A stretch of DNA of 64,000 nt from Felis catus (lineage: Eukaryota), in the NCBI RefSeq assembly GCF_018350175.1, contig NC_058373.1, positions 110,548,001 to 110,612,000 on the forward strand, written 5' to 3'. Below, piece after piece: positions 58,768-64,000 of this stretch. How positions within the stretch are numbered: the first letter of the stretch is position 1; every line of letters begins with the position of its first letter. Both the position numbers and the translations under genes were made by a program. The notes under the pieces are model-generated. The model worked only from the letters and a program-made list of their open reading frames with translations. It was not told where the DNA came from and ran no database searches.

Positions 58768-60632
58768 TCACAACTTTTACTTTTGATTAACTTGCTGGAT
58801 ATCTGGTAAAGTCTCAGTAATAACTGAATGGCTTTGGGAGCTAGATAGGGGCTTCCTCATCTCAGAAAACTGAAGCATAGTGGATGTGAAACTATTTTCA
58901 AAGATTAATAAAGACAGTCTCATGTAGAGCCTTTACTTAACATCTTATATTCATTTTAGGAGATTTCTCCATTATGACCAAGTTATCACAGTATAGAATA
59001 ACTCAAGTTGAGTAGCCTTTTCTGAAGCCTTTCTATTCTTCCCACTCCAATGCGATGGCCTATTTTGGGGAAGTAGTGGGGGAGCCCCGGTGCCTCACTG
59101 TCAGAGAAAAAGAAACCATATTTAACCAGGACCTCAGCAGGGCATGAACACAGTCTCAGCCACTTGCTCTTGACCTTGTGTTTTGATTTCACATTAACGG
59201 CTAGATTTTTGTACTGTTTCCTTATTCTCTTCTTTTGCCAGGCTCTGGGGATGATAAGTTCATGGAGCTTTTTCAGAGTGTCTCTGTGTTCCTTGCAGCA
59301 GCATTTCATATCCTAATGTGCAAGAGAAAAGAAGTGCCTGCTTTCAGGCCTCTCCTCCTCCAGCCAGGAAAGTGCTAAGCCTTTCCTATTAACCTTCTAG
59401 GCCAAGGGGGAGGAAACCCTGTGGGATACAAATGTAGAAAAGTGTCCATAGATTTTTATTTTTAAGCTGTAATCTGTTGTCTTCTAAATCAACTGAGGTA
59501 TGTTTGCAAAACATCTGTTTGAGAGGGCTCTTTGGTCTGTATAGGATGTTTTCTCCTGTTGTTTTTTCTTGTGCTAATGTATTTTGCCCTGAAATATTGG
59601 CATTGTTACTCTTATGTACTTTCATGTGAACCAAATTAAATGTGATTCGTGCCTATTTTTTTCTGAAAATGGAAATACTTATTATAAAATCCATGCTGTT
59701 TGTAAAAATTCAGCCAATACTAAAGTACATAAAATACAAAAACAAAAATCATTTTGATTCCCACTCCCCAGAGATAATCACTGTTAACAGTCAATTCCTT
59801 GTTTAAAACAAGAGAAGGCAACATTTGATCATAACTGTGCTGTTGTGTGTGCTTCAGAACCCTGCCTAAGGATGGCCTGTGATGATTCATGGCCTTATGT
59901 TCTCTGTTCACTACTCAGGTTGGTGAGAATTGGCTAGGTGGAGAAAAAGGGAATGTTTCGCTTTGGACTGGTTTAAAATTCTATGATCAAGTAACAGACG
60001 TGAGCGTTTAAATATAACAGGGTTGCTATTTTAGGTTTGTCCTTACGAAGTACTTACTGTACTGTGGTAAGCTAGTTCTCACACTTTTTTCATGCTGATG
60101 TTGATGTCCAGCTTCTGATGGGTTGATTTCTACTGGCCAAACTCATTAAAAAAAATAAAACCAAAAGCCTCATTTTTGTAGACAGTTTCATAATTTTGTA
60201 GTTGGGAAGGAGTGGCTGAATTTGCCATGAAGACCACTGCCAAGATGTTCCTGTGCTGATATGGCGAGAGGGGTCCCTCTTGAATAGTACCTAGAGGTAG
60301 CATGCCAAACATCAAGGAAAGAGAATTAGAACAAAGAAGGGGATTCATGACTACAGTTTTTAGATGTGGCGTGGAAGGAGATGGTACATATTTAATATAG
60401 ATTCTAACTTCTGATTGTGGCTTGTATGGTAACTACAGGGGCTCTTAGTCAAAGCCCAGAGTCATTTATGACTTAGCCTGGCATATTCAAGAAGAATGCA
60501 TGTGAAGTAGCTGATGATGCTCTGAAAACAAAGCCCCAAAGTAGTACATAGAAGTTTAATCACACCATTGGTTATTTGATAGTGTTGGGGACACTGGTCT
60601 TTTTACACTACTTTGAGTGTAAAATCATTTTC

Positions 60633-60845
60633 AGGGGCACCTGGGTGGCTCAGTCGGTTAAGCATCAGATTCTTGATTTTGGCTCAGGTCATGATTTCAC
60701 AGTTCATGAGGTTGAGCCCTGCCTCAGGCTCTGTGCTAACAGCACAAGCCAACGTGGGATTCTCTCCCTCCCGCTCTCTCTGCCCCTCCCCGACTCCCAC
60801 TCATGTGTGTACACTTGCGCTCTCAAAATAAATAAATACACATTC
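60633..60845 (+). mobile_element. CAN-SINE
   Basis: Full body; TSD aaaatc(a/g)ttttc. Confidence 0.9.
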
Positions 60846-61179
60846 AAAAATCGTTTTCCAAATAAAATTGGGAAATTGAAGCATTAAAGCCCCAACCAGA
60901 TTTTCCATTTGTTGTCTATGTAAGATACACATAATCCTTTTTAGAGCTAACTAAAGAGCTCCATCCCCGCTGTATGTCTTTAGTATTGGGCTGGGGGGGG
61001 GGGGGGCTTGCTCTGATGGACGGTGGGAGGCAGCAGATGGAAGAGGAGATGCGGAAGGGGCAGGGCGTTCTGCCTACAATGTGGGGCTATGTGAGAGTGG
61101 GTGACTGGGAGGCTTAGCATGTTCCAAAGGGGCACTTCAGTTAATAGTCATTGCCATGGAGAGTTGTTGTCTGGTTTAT

Positions 61180-61406
61180 TTATTTAAAAAAATTTTTTTT
61201 TAACGTTTATTTATTATTGAGAGACAGAGAGACACAGAATGTGAGCAGGGGAAGGATCGAGAGAGGGAGAGACATAGAATCTGAAGTAGGCTCCAGGCCC
61301 TGAGCTGTCAGCACAGAGCCCGACGCGGGGCTCAAACTCACAAACTGCAAGATCACGAACGGAGCTGAAGTCGGCCGCTCAACCAACAGAGCCACCCAGG
61401 CGCCCC
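61180..61406 (-). mobile_element. CAN-SINE
   Basis: TSD tgttgtctggtttat. Confidence 0.9.
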
Positions 61407-61652
61407 GAGTGTTGTCTGGTTTATGAAAGCTGAAACTTAGGGCCCTGAAGCAAGAGTTCAGAGTTTGAGTCCCACATCCTACTTACAAGGTGAGCACCTG
61501 AATATCAACCATTAACATTCAGAAAATGAGGATAATAACAATACCTATCTCAGGATTGTTGTGAGAATCAGTTGTATGATGTATGGGCAATTGCTTTTTA
61601 AATTTTTGACCACCATATAAAAGCTGCCATGACTGAAATAATACAAAAAAAA

Positions 61653-61780
61653 TGGACACCTGGCTGGTTCAGTTCATGGAGCATGTGACTCTTGATCTCC
61701 AGGTCATGAGTTTAAGCCCCATGATTGTAGAAATCACTAACAACAACAACATTGAAGAAATTACTAACAACAACAACCAC
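61653..61780 (+). mobile_element. Short CAN-SINE with a 27-bp tandemly duplicated tail
   Basis: ggacacctggctggttcag...gagcatgtgactcttgatctc; duplication at 61724-61777. Confidence 0.75.
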
Positions 61781-63812
61781 AAATTGGTAGGCAAAATAAA
61801 ATTTACCTTCTTCAACATATTCAATCAAGACTGATCGAATATTAACTAAATGCCAGGCAATCCTTAGGGGTCGGGATACAGTGATGACGAAGACAATGCC
61901 TTGATCTCGAGCTTACAGCAAAACAAAATTATATAATTGTAATTGTAATCCCTGCCAAGAGAGTGTGGTGGACACAGCATCCTATAGTTGTAGATAGGGG
62001 CTGTTTTAGAACAGAGGGCATCTGCATTTTGCATTACCCTAGGATCAGGAAAAGAATTCCCAAAAGAGTGACTGGACATCAAAAAGGTTCTAAGCAAAGG
62101 GAATCACATATATGAAAGCACGAAGGCCTTTGCTGTGGTAGGTCCTTTGGGATGAAGGGGAATCTTAAAGCTTAAATAGATTTAATGCTTAAAAAGGGAG
62201 TTAAGCTTCTTAGAATGAACATAGTTTTTATGATACTTTTTTTATTGGTTTCATTTCATGGACTTTTAATTAGATAAGAGTGAACTTTTCAGGGTTTGGG
62301 TTGGACTTAAACAAGAAAAATGGGGTTATAAGTGGAGAAATTGGAGACAATACAGTTTGAAAAGTCGGGTGGATCTGCCGGGCGGGGGAAGCCTGGCCAG
62401 GACTTCCCATTGTTCTAGAACCGCCTCTCTTGCTGCTCATTCAGCAGCACTTAGTGAATACTTACTATGTTGCACAGAAACAAGCTAACGGCCTTGTCTT
62501 CAGGTTGCTCCTCCTAATCTAGTGGGGAGACCTTCCCACAGACGCACAGATAACTGCGGTAGCCAGTTCTTATTTAGCATTTACTCTGTGACAGCCACTG
62601 CCTTGTGATAACTCTAAACACTAGGAAGGATTATCATCCCTTCTCAGATGAGAGAATTGAGGTACACATTGCTTACGGACATGTTCAAGGTCACACACCT
62701 AATAAGTGGCAGAGCCGGAATTTGGACCCAGGCGATCTGGTTAGTCTGTGCTTTTTAACACCTACTTTACGTTGCTGTTCTGATGATTAAAACATAGCGT
62801 AATAAGTGCAAAATAAGGAGATGATGCAGAGTAATATCAAAACCTAAAATAGTGGGAGAGGGAGGTGTTACAGAAGGCTTTCTGGAGGAGGTGATACACT
62901 GTTAGATATGTGGGAGGTTCAGGCAGAAGAACCAATCAATCAGCTTGAGTAAAAATGGAGGTAAGAAATGCATTCAAGAGGAGTGGGGGGACAAGCAGTG
63001 TTGTGCTGCTTGAGAATGGAGTTTGAAGCAAGAAGTAGCCAAACATAAGACTAGATGGGTGGGCATGGACGGCTCAGTATGCTTTGCTAAGGAGTTTTTA
63101 CTTTTTAGCCTGAGGATATGTGAAGGGAGGCATAGATGGTACGATTTGTGTTCTTTATGAATCATTTGTTGTAATAACTCAGGAGTGATGATGGAGACCT
63201 CAGGAGGGCAGGGAAGGTAGGGATGGAATAGAGGAGTAGATCTGAGAAACAGAAAATTGGTGAGACTCGACAGTTGACTGTTAAGGGTGGGAGAAGTCCC
63301 AGGTGACTGGCAAGTAGCCTGGGTGATTGGTGCATGGCAGTGCCTGCTGAGACAGAGAATACAAGGGGGAGGGGCAGATTTAGGTGGGTCCCCAAAGTCA
63401 CAGAGGTACAGATATAAGTTCTAAAAAATGAACCCCAAAATTACCAAGAATACCAATGCCACGTGCAAAAAAAGTGACTTCCTGGTAAAAGCTGCCTTTT
63501 GCTGAGAGGCCTGCTGTTCACACAGTGCCCTCTAGTGGTCGGAAGATGCCATGTTGCCTCTTTGAACAGATCAAAATGTAGAGATGGCCTGGAGTAAATA
63601 CTTTTCCTCTTCTACTTCTGGAGGGAGAGAGAAGTATTCCAGAAGCCACTATGTTCCCTTTGCTTTCTGTGTGGACAAATTTATTTCCTAGACCTAGGAA
63701 CAACTCACTTACTCAGAAGTTAGTTGGTTGGCTACCTCACTATCCAGTGCCCTGGCCAGAAACAAGAGTAATGGCAATTTGTTGCCTATGAGCGATCAAA
63801 ATAGATGAAACA

Positions 63813-63975
63813 TCAGGTCATGATCTCACGGTTCATGAGTTCAAACCCCACGTCGGGCTCTGTGCTGACAGCTCAGAGCCTGGAGCCTGCTTCGGATTCT
63901 GTGTCTCCCTCTCTCTGCCCCTCACCCACTTGCACTCTATTTCTCTCAAAAATAAATAAAAACATTAAAAAATAA
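63813..63975 (+). mobile_element. 5'-truncated CAN-SINE
   Basis: Starts at tcaggtcatgatctc; perfect TSD AAAATAGATGAAACA. Confidence 0.9.
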
Positions 63976-64000
63976 AATAGATGAAACAAAGTGCAGGAAC

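Overview
This is mammalian genomic DNA, most likely a felid, judging by the abundant tRNA-derived CAN-SINEs that include four near-identical young SINEC_Fc-type copies. The window is the MTHFD1-AKAP5-ZBTB25-ZBTB1 block. It holds the last six coding exons and the 3'UTR exon of MTHFD1 (+), a complete AKAP5 (+, CpG-island promoter, single-exon 428-aa CDS, about 4.3 kb 3'UTR), a complete ZBTB25 (-, two coding exons, 435 aa), and a bidirectional CpG island carrying the probable non-coding first exon of ZBTB1 (+, CDS outside the window). The rest is intron or UTR with SINEs, MIR/L2/L1 relics, DNA transposons and one MLT2 solo LTR. I found no new protein-coding gene and no prokaryote-type system. The most interesting signals are at the RNA level: a minus-strand terminal exon lying antisense over MTHFD1 exon 24 that ZBTB25 exon 2 could splice into, an in-frame internal ZBTB25 acceptor, alternative MTHFD1 C-termini, uORFs and a start-stop element in front of the AKAP5 AUG, and two SINE insertions carrying extra 3' sequence inside their TSDs. 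Gene names, exon numbers and repeat family names come from my recollection of the human orthologs and repeat consensuses, not from a database search.
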